Below, in pieces: positions 48,151 to 56,754 of a stretch of 64,000 nt of DNA. The DNA is from Bacteroidota bacterium (GTDB taxonomy: Bacteria > Bacteroidota > Ignavibacteria > UBA10030), in the NCBI GenBank assembly GCA_049522195.1, contig JBEKOB010000004.1, positions 20,809-84,808 on the forward strand, given 5' to 3'. The notes beneath the pieces were generated by a model, which saw only the letters and a program-made list of their open reading frames with translations, ran no database searches and was not told the DNA's origin. Position numbers and translations under genes: made by a program. Position 1 is the stretch's first letter; each line of letters begins with the position of its first letter.

Positions 48151-48191
48151 TGTGGTGAGCGTAGTCGAGCCACTCAAAACCCCCAACTCCC

Positions 48192-49220
48192 TTGACTATC
48201 CTAGGCATTGAAACATCGTGTGACGAAACCTCCGCTGCTGTCGTCCGGGAGGGCCGGCTGCTGGCCAATGTGACGGCGACGCAGCTGTTCCACTCCCAGT
48301 ATGGAGGCGTCGTCCCTGAGTTGGCTTCAAGGGCTCACCAGCGCTGCATCATTCCAGTAGTGGAAGAGGCGCTCGCGAAAGCAGGAGTTCCCAAGAGGGA
48401 ACTCAATGCGATAGCCGCGGTCTACGGCCCCGGCTTGATCGGAGCTATTCTCGTTGGTCTCAGCTTCGGGAAATCGATGGCCCTTGGCCTCGGTATCCCG
48501 TTTGTCGGGGTTGATCATATGGAAGCCCACATTTTCTCGAACCTGATCGATGATCCAAAACCGGAGTTCCCTTTTATCAATCTGACGGTCTCTGGAGGAC
48601 ACACTCAGCTTGTTCTCGTCCGCGGTCCCTTTGAATACCAGCTCCTTGGCGAAACGAAAGACGACGCTGCGGGAGAGGCATTTGACAAGGTGGCAAAGAT
48701 GCTCGGCATCGGCTACCCCGGAGGACCTTTGATTGACAAGTATGCAAAAGACGGTGATCCGACATTTGTCAGTTTCCCCCGTCCCTATCTTGAAGAAGGG
48801 TCGCTCGAGTTCAGCTTCAGTGGATTGAAGACTTCCGTGTTGTATTATCTCCGGAAAATGGGCTACAAGCCTGCTGCTGTCGGTGAGGAGGCATCCGCCG
48901 CGCAGAAGAAACTGCGGGCTGATCTTTGCGCCAGTTTTCAGGCAGCTGTCGTTGATGTCCTGGTCGATAAAGCAATCAGGGCGGCGTTGGCATTTCGCGT
49001 AAAACACGTTACCGTTGCAGGTGGCGTTTCCGCGAATTCCGAGCTTCGCAGGAGGATGCAGGAGGCTGCCAGCCGTCGCGGACTGACAACGTTCATCCCG
49101 AAAATTGAGTACTGCACGGACAATGGGGCAATGGTCGCGATGGTCGGATACACAAAGATGCAAACGGGCAAGACATCGAGTCTTGAACTCACAGCGGTAC
49201 CTAATCTCTCTCTTTCTTGA
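48192..49220 (+). CDS. tsaD: tRNA N6-adenosine threonylcarbamoyltransferase
   Basis: 342 aa with a TTG start. Carries ILGIETSCDETS, GVDHMEAH, SGGHT and GYPGGP. Confidence 0.9.
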   Translation: MTILGIETSCDETSAAVVREGRLLANVTATQLFHSQYGGVVPELASRAHQRCIIPVVEEALAKAGVPKRELNAIAAVYGPGLIGAILVGLSFGKSMALGLGIPFVGVDHMEAHIFSNLIDDPKPEFPFINLTVSGGHTQLVLVRGPFEYQLLGETKDDAAGEAFDKVAKMLGIGYPGGPLIDKYAKDGDPTFVSFPRPYLEEGSLEFSFSGLKTSVLYYLRKMGYKPAAVGEEASAAQKKLRADLCASFQAAVVDVLVDKAIRAALAFRVKHVTVAGGVSANSELRRRMQEAASRRGLTTFIPKIEYCTDNGAMVAMVGYTKMQTGKTSSLELTAVPNLSLS

Positions 49221-50014
49221 TGAATCGAATACAGAAAAAGTTCACGAGCCTCAGGACTTCCGGTCAGAAAGCGCTCATCCCGTATATCACTCCGGAATAT
49301 CCGTTCAAGGGAATCACCCTTGGCTTGCTCCGGGCACTCGAGGAGGCGGAAGCAGATCTCATCGAGGTCGGGATTCCGTTTTCGGATCCCCTCGCAGACG
49401 GGGAGACAATTCAACATTCTTCTGAAGTCGCTCTGAAGAACGGTGCGACCGTCGATCGCATCCTCCTCTCGGTGAGCGAGTTCCGCAACAGCAGCGAGCT
49501 TCCGATCCTCCTGATGGGATACGTCAACCCCATTCTTCGGATCGGCATCGAGAAGTTTATGGAGTCGTGCAAGTCTGCCGGTGTCGATGGATTAATCATC
49601 CCTGACCTTCCCCCCGAGGAGGCTTCAGTGATCACAAGCGTGAGCAGGAAGCATGGTATCAGCAACGTGTTTTTGATCGCCCCAACGACTTCCGATTCGA
49701 GGATCAAGGAGATTGACGGACACTCGACAGACTTCTCCTATTGCGTTTCTGTCACCGGCGTAACAGGGGCGAGATCGCAGTTTGGAGCTGGAGGGGGACT
49801 GGATGAGTTTTTCATGAGAGTCAGGAAGAACACACAGAAGCCCTTTGTGGTCGGTTTTGGTATATCGAAACAGGAGCACGTTCAGCGCGTCTGGGAGTAT
49901 GCGGATGGGGCGGTGGTCGGATCTTCTCTTATCAATGTTTTGGGAAAAGCGACATCGGAAGAAGAAGCGCTTCGAGCGGCTGTTGATTTCCTTCGTTCAC
50001 TTCGTCCATCCTAA
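49220..50014 (+). CDS. trpA: tryptophan synthase alpha chain
   Basis: The ATG at 49220 overlaps the tsaD stop (TGATG); a TTG at 49217 is also possible. Carries LIPYITPEYP, IEVGIPFSDPLADG, YVNP and GFGIS. Confidence 0.85.
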   Translation: MNRIQKKFTSLRTSGQKALIPYITPEYPFKGITLGLLRALEEAEADLIEVGIPFSDPLADGETIQHSSEVALKNGATVDRILLSVSEFRNSSELPILLMGYVNPILRIGIEKFMESCKSAGVDGLIIPDLPPEEASVITSVSRKHGISNVFLIAPTTSDSRIKEIDGHSTDFSYCVSVTGVTGARSQFGAGGGLDEFFMRVRKNTQKPFVVGFGISKQEHVQRVWEYADGAVVGSSLINVLGKATSEEEALRAAVDFLRSLRPS

Positions 50015-50026
50015 CCAGGATTAGCT

Positions 50027-50320
50027 ATGAATGACCTTGATGTGTGGCGCAAGAGAATCGACGACATTGACGTGCAACTTGTCAGACTTCTGAACGAACG
50101 CACGATGTGCGCAACAGAGATCGGGAAGATCAAGATCACGCTTGGATTGGATGCGTACTCCCCGGAACGTGAGCTCGAAGTGATGCGAAACGTAACTGCA
50201 TGGAACAAGGGACCGCTCTCGTCGGCGGCGGTGCGACGGTTGTTCGAACGTATTATCGACGAAGCTCGCAGCGTCGAGCGGGTGTATATGCACGAACAGA
50301 AAAAGAAACCAAGACGGTAA
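50027..50320 (+). CDS. chorismate mutase (AroQ class)
   Basis: 97 aa. The LDVWRKRIDDIDVQLVRLLNER...IGKIK...PERE pattern is typical of AroQ chorismate mutases. Confidence 0.8.
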   Translation: MNDLDVWRKRIDDIDVQLVRLLNERTMCATEIGKIKITLGLDAYSPERELEVMRNVTAWNKGPLSSAAVRRLFERIIDEARSVERVYMHEQKKKPRR

Positions 50321-50342
50321 TCCTCTGGCTGCACAACTAACG

Positions 50343-51377
50343 ATATCGAGGTACTTCAAACAGCGGTGGCTGCAGGCAGTCGCAATCGCATGTGTTGCTC
50401 TGCTTGCGGGGTCGATATACCTCGTTTTCTTCGCCTCAAACACCTCCTCGCTTTCGTCCGAACGCGCTGTCATTGTCCCGAGGGGCGCTTCGTTCAAGAC
50501 GGTTCTGGATTCGCTCGAGTCTTCGGGGGTCCTGCGTGTTGGGTGGACGCTGAGCCTCGCCGGACGGTTCCTTGGACTCACAAAGAACATGAAGGTGGGC
50601 AAGTACCTTTTCCCCCGGGGCCTCTCGAACGTTGAAATCCTGCATGACCTTGCAGAAGGAAAGTCGCGGATCCTCATGAACCTTCCGATCCCCGAAGGGT
50701 GGAGGATGGAACGGATTGCTCTGCAGTGTGGCAAAATTCTTGGTATCGACACTCAACGGTTCATCTCCCTTTGCGACAACAGCTCGTTTAGAAGGGAATT
50801 AGGCGTCGATGCTCCTTCGATCGAAGGGTACCTCATGCCTGATACATACAAGTTTCTTTGGCAGGTGAGTGAAGAGGAGATTATCGAGCGGATGGTCGGC
50901 GAGTTCAGGAAATTCTATTCAGATAGCCTGAAGAAACGACAAGATGAGATGCGGCTTTCGTTGAGTGAAGTATTGACGCTTGCCTCGATCGTGGAAGATG
51001 AGGCAGTTCTTGACCGCGAGCGCCCAGTCATTGCCGGCGTGTATATCAACCGGCTCAGGAAACGGATGCGCCTTGAGGCAGACCCGACAGTACAGTATGC
51101 TCTCCCCGAAGGGAAGCGAAGGCTGACCTATTCAGATCTTCGAATCGATTCACCGTACAATACGTACCTCTATTATGGTCTTCCTCCTGGACCGATCAAC
51201 AACCCAGGAAGGAAGTCTATTCTCGCCACGCTGTTTCCTGAGAAGCATTCCTTCCTGTATTTCGTTGCGGATGGGTCGGGTGGACACATCTTCTCCCGCA
51301 ATTACACAGATCATCAGAAAGCGGTGAAATCCTACCGGCGGATCCGACGGGAAGCCGCCAAATCATCCGGCTCGTAA
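50343..51377 (+). CDS. mltG: endolytic murein transglycosylase MltG (YceG); 5' boundary uncertain, no canonical start codon
   Basis: YceG core present (IPEGWRMERIA, LMPDTYKF, ASIVEDEA, YNTY...GLPPGPINNPG). The in-frame upstream sequence encodes the expected TM anchor (WLQAVAIACVALLAGSIYLVFF) and a LysM-like region. The first ATG/GTG/TTG in this frame is only at 50589. The start given here is the ATA at 50343. Confidence 0.65.
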   Translation: MSRYFKQRWLQAVAIACVALLAGSIYLVFFASNTSSLSSERAVIVPRGASFKTVLDSLESSGVLRVGWTLSLAGRFLGLTKNMKVGKYLFPRGLSNVEILHDLAEGKSRILMNLPIPEGWRMERIALQCGKILGIDTQRFISLCDNSSFRRELGVDAPSIEGYLMPDTYKFLWQVSEEEIIERMVGEFRKFYSDSLKKRQDEMRLSLSEVLTLASIVEDEAVLDRERPVIAGVYINRLRKRMRLEADPTVQYALPEGKRRLTYSDLRIDSPYNTYLYYGLPPGPINNPGRKSILATLFPEKHSFLYFVADGSGGHIFSRNYTDHQKAVKSYRRIRREAAKSSGS

Positions 51378-51569
51378 GGCGAAGGGATGCGTCGTCCGTC
51401 GGTTTGAAAGCGGAACATGAACATCGTCAACACAGGATTCTTTCTCCTCTTTTCTCTATATTAAATCATCGATCAACCCAATTCTCCGGAAGTCTGTTTC
51501 CTGTCAATGCAGTCATACGCCAAAGTACGAAGCAACGCCATCTTGAATCACCTGAGAGTGTCATTCCGC

Positions 51570-53273
51570 ATGATCGGTCACCTCGTACCTTTGGTGCTCT
51601 GCTCGTTGCTTCTTCTCTCATGTGCCGGACAACGCGCTCCTGAAGGTGGACCGATCGATACCGATCCGCCGTACGTTGCTTCAACAGTCCCTCCTAACTA
51701 CACCACGCGATTCAAAGGGAACAGCCTTACGATTGAGTTTAACAAGTATGTCGACCACCGCAGCGTCGAAGGAGCTCTCTTCATCTCTCCTTCACTTGGG
51801 CAGCTCGAGTTCGATTGGTCAGGACGTGAGGTCGAAATCCATTTCACAGGAACGCTTCGCCGCAGCACCACGTATGTTGTCACTGTCGGAACTGATGTCG
51901 CCGACCTTCATAATCGCAACAAGATGGCCCAATCATTTACTCTGGCGTTCACGACCGGAGAAGACATCGACCACGGCGCTATCGAAGGCAGAGTATTCCC
52001 GCGTAAGGAGGCCGACCCCCCGCTTGGAGTGATGGTCTTTGCGTATAAGCTTGATGGTCTCAACCCTGACACGCTGGATCCGAGAATGACAAAGCCGGAT
52101 TATGTCACACAGACTGGAAAGGATGGCGCATTTCTTCTGCGGCATCTCGCGTTCGGCGCGTACCGCGTCATCGCTGTAAGGGACGAATACAAGAATCTGC
52201 TATACGATCCGGAGACAGATGAGTATTGCGCTGAGCCCGAAGAAATTGCCCTCACTCCGACCGACACTCTCAAAGCCGGCGTGTGGATGCGGCTTGGGAA
52301 GGAAGACACGACTGCCATCCGGCTCACAAAGGTGACGTCCTTAAATCAACGCCATCTGGCAATCGAGTTCTCATCTCCGCTTGACACAGCTGGTGTCGAC
52401 AAGGGCTGGTTCGGGATCATCGACACTCTCTCTCAGAAGCCTCTCGGCGTTCGGTCTCTGTGTCCAGTATTTCCCAAGATGATGTCCGCGGTGATCGTTA
52501 CAGACTCGCAGGCAGCTGGGGTTGGATATCGCCTGGGGATCTCCACTCTTCAGGGCGCGAATGGGTTGCGCATCAGCCCGACAGCGGACCGTCTCACTTT
52601 TACGGGCTCCGAATTGAAGGATTCACTTGCTCCGAGGATCTCGACCATCTCAGTATCCGATAGTGCACGCGAAATTGATCTCCAGCCAAAGTTTCTTCTT
52701 ATCTTTTCCGACGCCGTGCAAAGGGATACTGCGGGTAAGGCAATCTCCCTCGTGGATAGTAATCGAAGTGCTGTTCCGCTGACAGTACACTGGCTCTCTG
52801 ATGCGGCTGTGGAAATTGAGCCGCGGGGAAGACTTGCCAGCAAAACGTGGTTCTCGCTTCGGATCGGAATGCGAAGCGTCTTAACCCTCGGTGGCAAGGG
52901 AGGAAGGGATTCGTTACGAGTGTTTCATTTTCAGACGTTGGACGAGGAGTCGTTCAGCAGCATCGAGGGGTTCGTCAACGATATGAGTCTGACAGATCTC
53001 AAGGGAGATATCATCCTTGTGGCACGCAACGTTTCCCGGAAGGAACCAAAAGAATACACTGCGCGTCTTTCCAAAACCGGACCGTTTGTTCTGAGTGATC
53101 TGCTCGAAGGGAAGTACATACTCCAGGCGTTCCGGGATCGCAATGGTGATAAGCAATATTCGACCGGCCGTGTCTTTCCATTTCAAACTTCCGAGAGGTT
53201 CACCGAGTTTCCAGATACGCTAAAGCTGCGTGCCCGATGGCCGCTCGAGGGCGTAGAGTTGAAGCTCCACTGA
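51570..53273 (+). CDS. lipoprotein with SbsA-type Ig-like domains
   Basis: ATG at 51570 with lipobox LLLLSCAG. The DTDPPYVASTVPPNYTTRF...LTIEFNKYVD pattern is typical of the Ig-like SbsA domain family. Confidence 0.55.
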   Translation: MIGHLVPLVLCSLLLLSCAGQRAPEGGPIDTDPPYVASTVPPNYTTRFKGNSLTIEFNKYVDHRSVEGALFISPSLGQLEFDWSGREVEIHFTGTLRRSTTYVVTVGTDVADLHNRNKMAQSFTLAFTTGEDIDHGAIEGRVFPRKEADPPLGVMVFAYKLDGLNPDTLDPRMTKPDYVTQTGKDGAFLLRHLAFGAYRVIAVRDEYKNLLYDPETDEYCAEPEEIALTPTDTLKAGVWMRLGKEDTTAIRLTKVTSLNQRHLAIEFSSPLDTAGVDKGWFGIIDTLSQKPLGVRSLCPVFPKMMSAVIVTDSQAAGVGYRLGISTLQGANGLRISPTADRLTFTGSELKDSLAPRISTISVSDSAREIDLQPKFLLIFSDAVQRDTAGKAISLVDSNRSAVPLTVHWLSDAAVEIEPRGRLASKTWFSLRIGMRSVLTLGGKGGRDSLRVFHFQTLDEESFSSIEGFVNDMSLTDLKGDIILVARNVSRKEPKEYTARLSKTGPFVLSDLLEGKYILQAFRDRNGDKQYSTGRVFPFQTSERFTEFPDTLKLRARWPLEGVELKLH

Positions 53274-53527
53274 TTGGTAGCTGCACAATCGTCCCGCATA
53301 CGCAGTTTGCTCTCACTATGGTTTCCTAAAACCGCCTTCCGGCTCCGAGCTTTCTCCTCTTCGCTTCCGGTTTCCAGCGCAGCGATGTTCTCAATCGTGG
53401 CAGTCTCTCCAACCCATTGATTTGTTTGACTTTTTGACCAATTTTGTTTAACCTCATTGGAATTTTGTATCTCAGAGTGTCGCAAGAACGCCATTCTGCA
53501 ACGATTTCCCCAGTTTGAGTGTTTTCT

Positions 53528-53884
53528 ATGCTAGAAAGCTACGTTCCGATTTTTGTGATGGTCGCCGGAGGAATCACATTCGGCTTCGTCATGGTGAAAT
53601 TGAACGAGTGGTTCGGCCCGCGGCGACCGTCTGAAGAAAAGCTCTCGACGTACGAGAGTGGCATGGAGCCGGTCAGGAGTGCCCGTGAGCGGTTCTCCGT
53701 CAAGTACTATATGGTCGCGGTCTTGTTCATCCTCTTCGATATTGAAGTGGTGTTTCTCTATCCCTGGGCTGTCTCCTTCAAGCAGCTTGGTGTGGGAGGA
53801 TTTGTTGAGATGGTGGTGTTTATCGGCATTCTGCTGATCGGGTATTTCTACGTGTGGAGAAAAGGAGCTCTCGAATGGGATTAG
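53528..53884 (+). CDS. nuoA: NADH-quinone oxidoreductase subunit A
   Basis: YESGMEP and [30 protein letters not shown] at 53519 is an alternative start. Confidence 0.85.
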   Translation: MLESYVPIFVMVAGGITFGFVMVKLNEWFGPRRPSEEKLSTYESGMEPVRSARERFSVKYYMVAVLFILFDIEVVFLYPWAVSFKQLGVGGFVEMVVFIGILLIGYFYVWRKGALEWD

Positions 53885-54414
53885 AACATGCTCTGGGTGA
53901 CAGTTTCCTGACGACGAAAATCGACCTTGCCATCAATTGGTGCCGGAAGAATTCTCTTTGGCCGATGCCGATGGGGATTTCGTGCTGCGCCATCGAAATG
54001 ATGGCCTTTGCTGGACCGCGGTTCGACGTCGCCCGCTTTGGATCTGAGGTCTTCAGATTCTCGCCGCGTCAATCCGATGTGATGATCGTAGCGGGGACAA
54101 CGACGTTCAAGATGGCGAAGGTCGTCCGAAAAATCTACGACCAGATGCCGGACCCGAAATGGGTCATCGCGATGGGAGCGTGCACATCATCGGGCGGCAT
54201 GTACCGCACTTATTCGGTTGTGCAGGGGATCGATCAGTTCCTGCCGGTCGATGTGTATGTCGCCGGCTGTCCGCCGCGACCCGACAATCTTCTTAATGCT
54301 CTGATCAAGCTGCAGGAAAAAGTTCAGAGGGGAGAAAGCAAAGGAAGCTTCCCCGCCTTTGTCGGCGAACCAAAGCTCAATCAACCGCAGGCTCTCCCGA
54401 TCATTTCAGGTTGA
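53875..54414 (+). CDS. nuoB: NADH-quinone oxidoreductase subunit B
   Basis: ATG at 53875. [27 protein letters not shown] and the GCPPRP Fe-S ligand pattern. Confidence 0.9.
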   Translation: MGLEHALGDSFLTTKIDLAINWCRKNSLWPMPMGISCCAIEMMAFAGPRFDVARFGSEVFRFSPRQSDVMIVAGTTTFKMAKVVRKIYDQMPDPKWVIAMGACTSSGGMYRTYSVVQGIDQFLPVDVYVAGCPPRPDNLLNALIKLQEKVQRGESKGSFPAFVGEPKLNQPQALPIISG

Positions 54415-54417
54415 GGT

Positions 54418-54903
54418 ATGAACGCTGTCATCATCGACAAGTTAAAAGCGCGGTTTGGCGAACAGAGTATCCGGGTCAGCGAGTTTCGGGGCGAGCTTAC
54501 TCTTGTCGTGCCGAAGGATCACATCGTCGAAATCTGCCGCTTTCTCAAGGAAGACGCCGAGCTGAAATTCGACTTGCTGGCCGATGTGTGTGGCATCGAC
54601 ATGAACACGGCGGAGAAACGATTCGGGGTGATCTACAACCTGTATTCGCTTTCGAATAAATTCCGACTTCGCCTGAAGACGTTTACCGAGGAAGAAGATC
54701 CAAAAGTGCCGACGGTGACCGGCGTGTGGGGCACGGCCAATTGGCACGAACGCGAGACGTTCGACATGTTCGGCATCGTGTTCGAAGGACACCCGGATCT
54801 GCGAAGAGTCTACATGCCCGAAGAGTTTGAACACTATCCGCTGCGAAAAGACTTTCCCCTGATGGGAATCCCCGGATCCATTCCTCTTCCGAAAAACAAG
54901 TGA
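54418..54903 (+). CDS. nuoC: NADH-quinone oxidoreductase subunit C
   Basis: 161 aa. ANWHERETFDMFGIVFEGHPDLRR. Confidence 0.85.
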   Translation: MNAVIIDKLKARFGEQSIRVSEFRGELTLVVPKDHIVEICRFLKEDAELKFDLLADVCGIDMNTAEKRFGVIYNLYSLSNKFRLRLKTFTEEEDPKVPTVTGVWGTANWHERETFDMFGIVFEGHPDLRRVYMPEEFEHYPLRKDFPLMGIPGSIPLPKNK

Positions 54904-56159
54904 TGGAAACCCGAACAGAAGAAGTCTCGAAAAAGTCGAAGATTCTCCAAGCCCTCGAGGATCAGAATACGAGCGTGACATTTGAGGATCCCCTTGAGAA
55001 TGATATGATTCTCAACATGGGCCCTCAACACCCTGCCACGCATGGCGTGTTGCGGTTGTTGATCCGCCTCGACGGAGAGACCGTGGTTGGTTGCGTCCCC
55101 GAAGTCGGGTATCTCCATCGCGGCTATGAGAAGCTGGCTGAGAACTGCACGTACCACGAGTTTATCCCGCACACGGACCGCCTCGACTATCTTTCCCCGA
55201 TGAATAATAATACAGCGTACGCTCTCGCCGTTGAGAAACTGCTGGGGATTGAAGCACCGCCGCGGGCACAGTACATCCGCGTGATGATCTCCGAACTTGC
55301 TCGCATCTCATCCCATCTTATGTTCCTCGGATCGCTTGCGATGGACGTTGGCGCATTGACGGTCTGGATGTGGGCGTTCCGCGAGAGGGAGAAGCAATAC
55401 GACATTTTTGAGAATATCGCGGGCGCACGGTTCACCACGAGCTATACGCGCATCGGTGGTCTCGCTCAGGATGTCAGGCCTGAGACCTTGGCAATGGTCG
55501 CGAAGTTTGTCGATGAATTGACGGGACACATCGTAGAATGCGAGAAGCTCCTCAACACGAACCGGATTTTCCTGGAGCGTACAGACGGCATCGGAGTGAT
55601 CACACGGGATCAGGCGATTGATCTTGGCCTGACAGGTCCTGGCCTCCGCGCGTGCGGTGTTGATCACGACCTGCGCAAAGCAAGTCCATATCTGGTTTAC
55701 AAGGATCTCGATTTTGACGTCCCTCTTTACGAAGGTGGGGATGCGCTTGCACGGTACTATGTCCGAATGGCCGAAATGCGCGAGAGCATCAAGATTATCA
55801 AACAGGTGCTCGAAAAGATCCCATCCGGAGATATCCACGCGTTCAAGCCGAAGAAGGTTCTTCCCCGCAAGGACCGCATCTATACAAAGATGGAAGAGCT
55901 TATTCATGACTTCATGATTGTGAATTTCGGTGTCGAGCCGCCGGTCGGTGAAATCTATAGCGCCGTAGAGGCGCCTAAAGGGGAGCTCGGTTTCTATATC
56001 TATAGTAACGGTGAAGGATATCCGTGGCGGTTAAAGATCCGCTCGCCATCGTTTGTCAATCTGCAGTCGCTTCCCACCATGGTCCGGGGTTGTATGATCT
56101 CCGACGTCGTTGCAATCATTGGCAGCCTCGACCCGGTGATGGGAGAAGCGGATAAGTAA
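54900..56159 (+). CDS. nuoD: NADH-quinone oxidoreductase subunit D
   Basis: 419 aa. Carries MGPQHPATHGVLRL, GYLHRGYEKL, and SPSF.NL...P....G....D.VAIIGS.D.V.GE.D. Confidence 0.9.
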   Translation: MMETRTEEVSKKSKILQALEDQNTSVTFEDPLENDMILNMGPQHPATHGVLRLLIRLDGETVVGCVPEVGYLHRGYEKLAENCTYHEFIPHTDRLDYLSPMNNNTAYALAVEKLLGIEAPPRAQYIRVMISELARISSHLMFLGSLAMDVGALTVWMWAFREREKQYDIFENIAGARFTTSYTRIGGLAQDVRPETLAMVAKFVDELTGHIVECEKLLNTNRIFLERTDGIGVITRDQAIDLGLTGPGLRACGVDHDLRKASPYLVYKDLDFDVPLYEGGDALARYYVRMAEMRESIKIIKQVLEKIPSGDIHAFKPKKVLPRKDRIYTKMEELIHDFMIVNFGVEPPVGEIYSAVEAPKGELGFYIYSNGEGYPWRLKIRSPSFVNLQSLPTMVRGCMISDVVAIIGSLDPVMGEADK

Positions 56160-56192
56160 TTGTCAATTGTGAATTGCCAATTGTCGATTGGG
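56158..56192. repeat. heptamer tandem array x5 (AATTGNN)
   Basis: Units in order: aattgtc, aattgtg, aattgcc, aattgtc, gattggg. The array begins within the nuoD stop codon. Degenerate 7-nt units continue to about 56220, and aaaatcg, acaatcg, aaaattc occur at 56252-56272. Confidence 0.85.
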
Positions 56193-56219
56193 CAACGGCA
56201 ACCAAACCTAATCGGCAAT

Positions 56220-56253
56220 CTCCGCCGAAGGCGGATGCGCCTCTGGCGCAGAA
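56220..56253 (+). repeat. 34-nt double-hairpin element, copy 2 (copy 1 at 31921-31954)
   Basis: Sequence ctCCGCCgaaGGCGGaTGCGCCtctGGCGCAgaa. It matches 31921-31954 at 29 of 34 positions. Every difference is in a loop, forms a wobble pair, or is a compensatory pair. Confidence 0.7.
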
Positions 56254-56277
56254 AATCGACAATCGAAAATTCCCGGT

Positions 56278-56748
56278 ATGTTATCTGAACAGAACCTCAA
56301 GAAAATCGAAGACCTGAAGAAGTCCTACCCGACGACGCAAGCGTTGGTGCTGCCGGTGCTGTGGATGGTCCAGGAAGAGCATGGGTACATCTCGGAAGAC
56401 TCGATGAAGTATGTCGCTGGATTGCTCAATGTGTCATTCGGGCATGTCCTCGGCGTCGTGACCTTCTATACGATGTTCCATTCCAAGCCCATCGGGAAGC
56501 ATCACCTCGAGGTGTGCACGAATGTTTCCTGTATGCTCCGTGGATCGGACAAGATCGTAGCGTATCTCGAGAAGCGGCTGGGGATCGGGTTGGGGCAGAC
56601 TTCGAAAGATAAGAAATGGACGCTGTCGGAAGTCGAATGCATGGGATCGTGCGGAACGGCACCCATGCTCGCCGTTGGTGAAGAGTATTACGAGAATCTC
56701 ACCGAAGAGAAACTCGATCGGACGATCGCAGAGCTGGAGCGGAAATAG
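56278..56748 (+). CDS. nuoE: NADH-quinone oxidoreductase subunit E
   Basis: 156 aa. Thioredoxin-like 2Fe-2S pattern CTNVSCMLRG...CMGSCGTAP. Confidence 0.85.
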   Translation: MLSEQNLKKIEDLKKSYPTTQALVLPVLWMVQEEHGYISEDSMKYVAGLLNVSFGHVLGVVTFYTMFHSKPIGKHHLEVCTNVSCMLRGSDKIVAYLEKRLGIGLGQTSKDKKWTLSEVECMGSCGTAPMLAVGEEYYENLTEEKLDRTIAELERK

Positions 56749-56754
56749 GCTGCC

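Noticed and set aside
48327-49163. 278-aa ORF antisense to tsaD, the longest unassigned ORF in the track.
   Set aside because: Same reasoning as for the other antisense ORFs. tsaD on the plus strand is unambiguous, and the antisense translation has no domain-like features.
50021-50752. 243-aa minus-strand ORF covering chorismate mutase and the start-less 5' part of mltG. I considered it as an alternative explanation for that region.
   Set aside because: The plus-strand frames encode recognisable AroQ and MltG N-terminal sequences across the same bases. The antisense product is Arg/Ser-rich with no motif.
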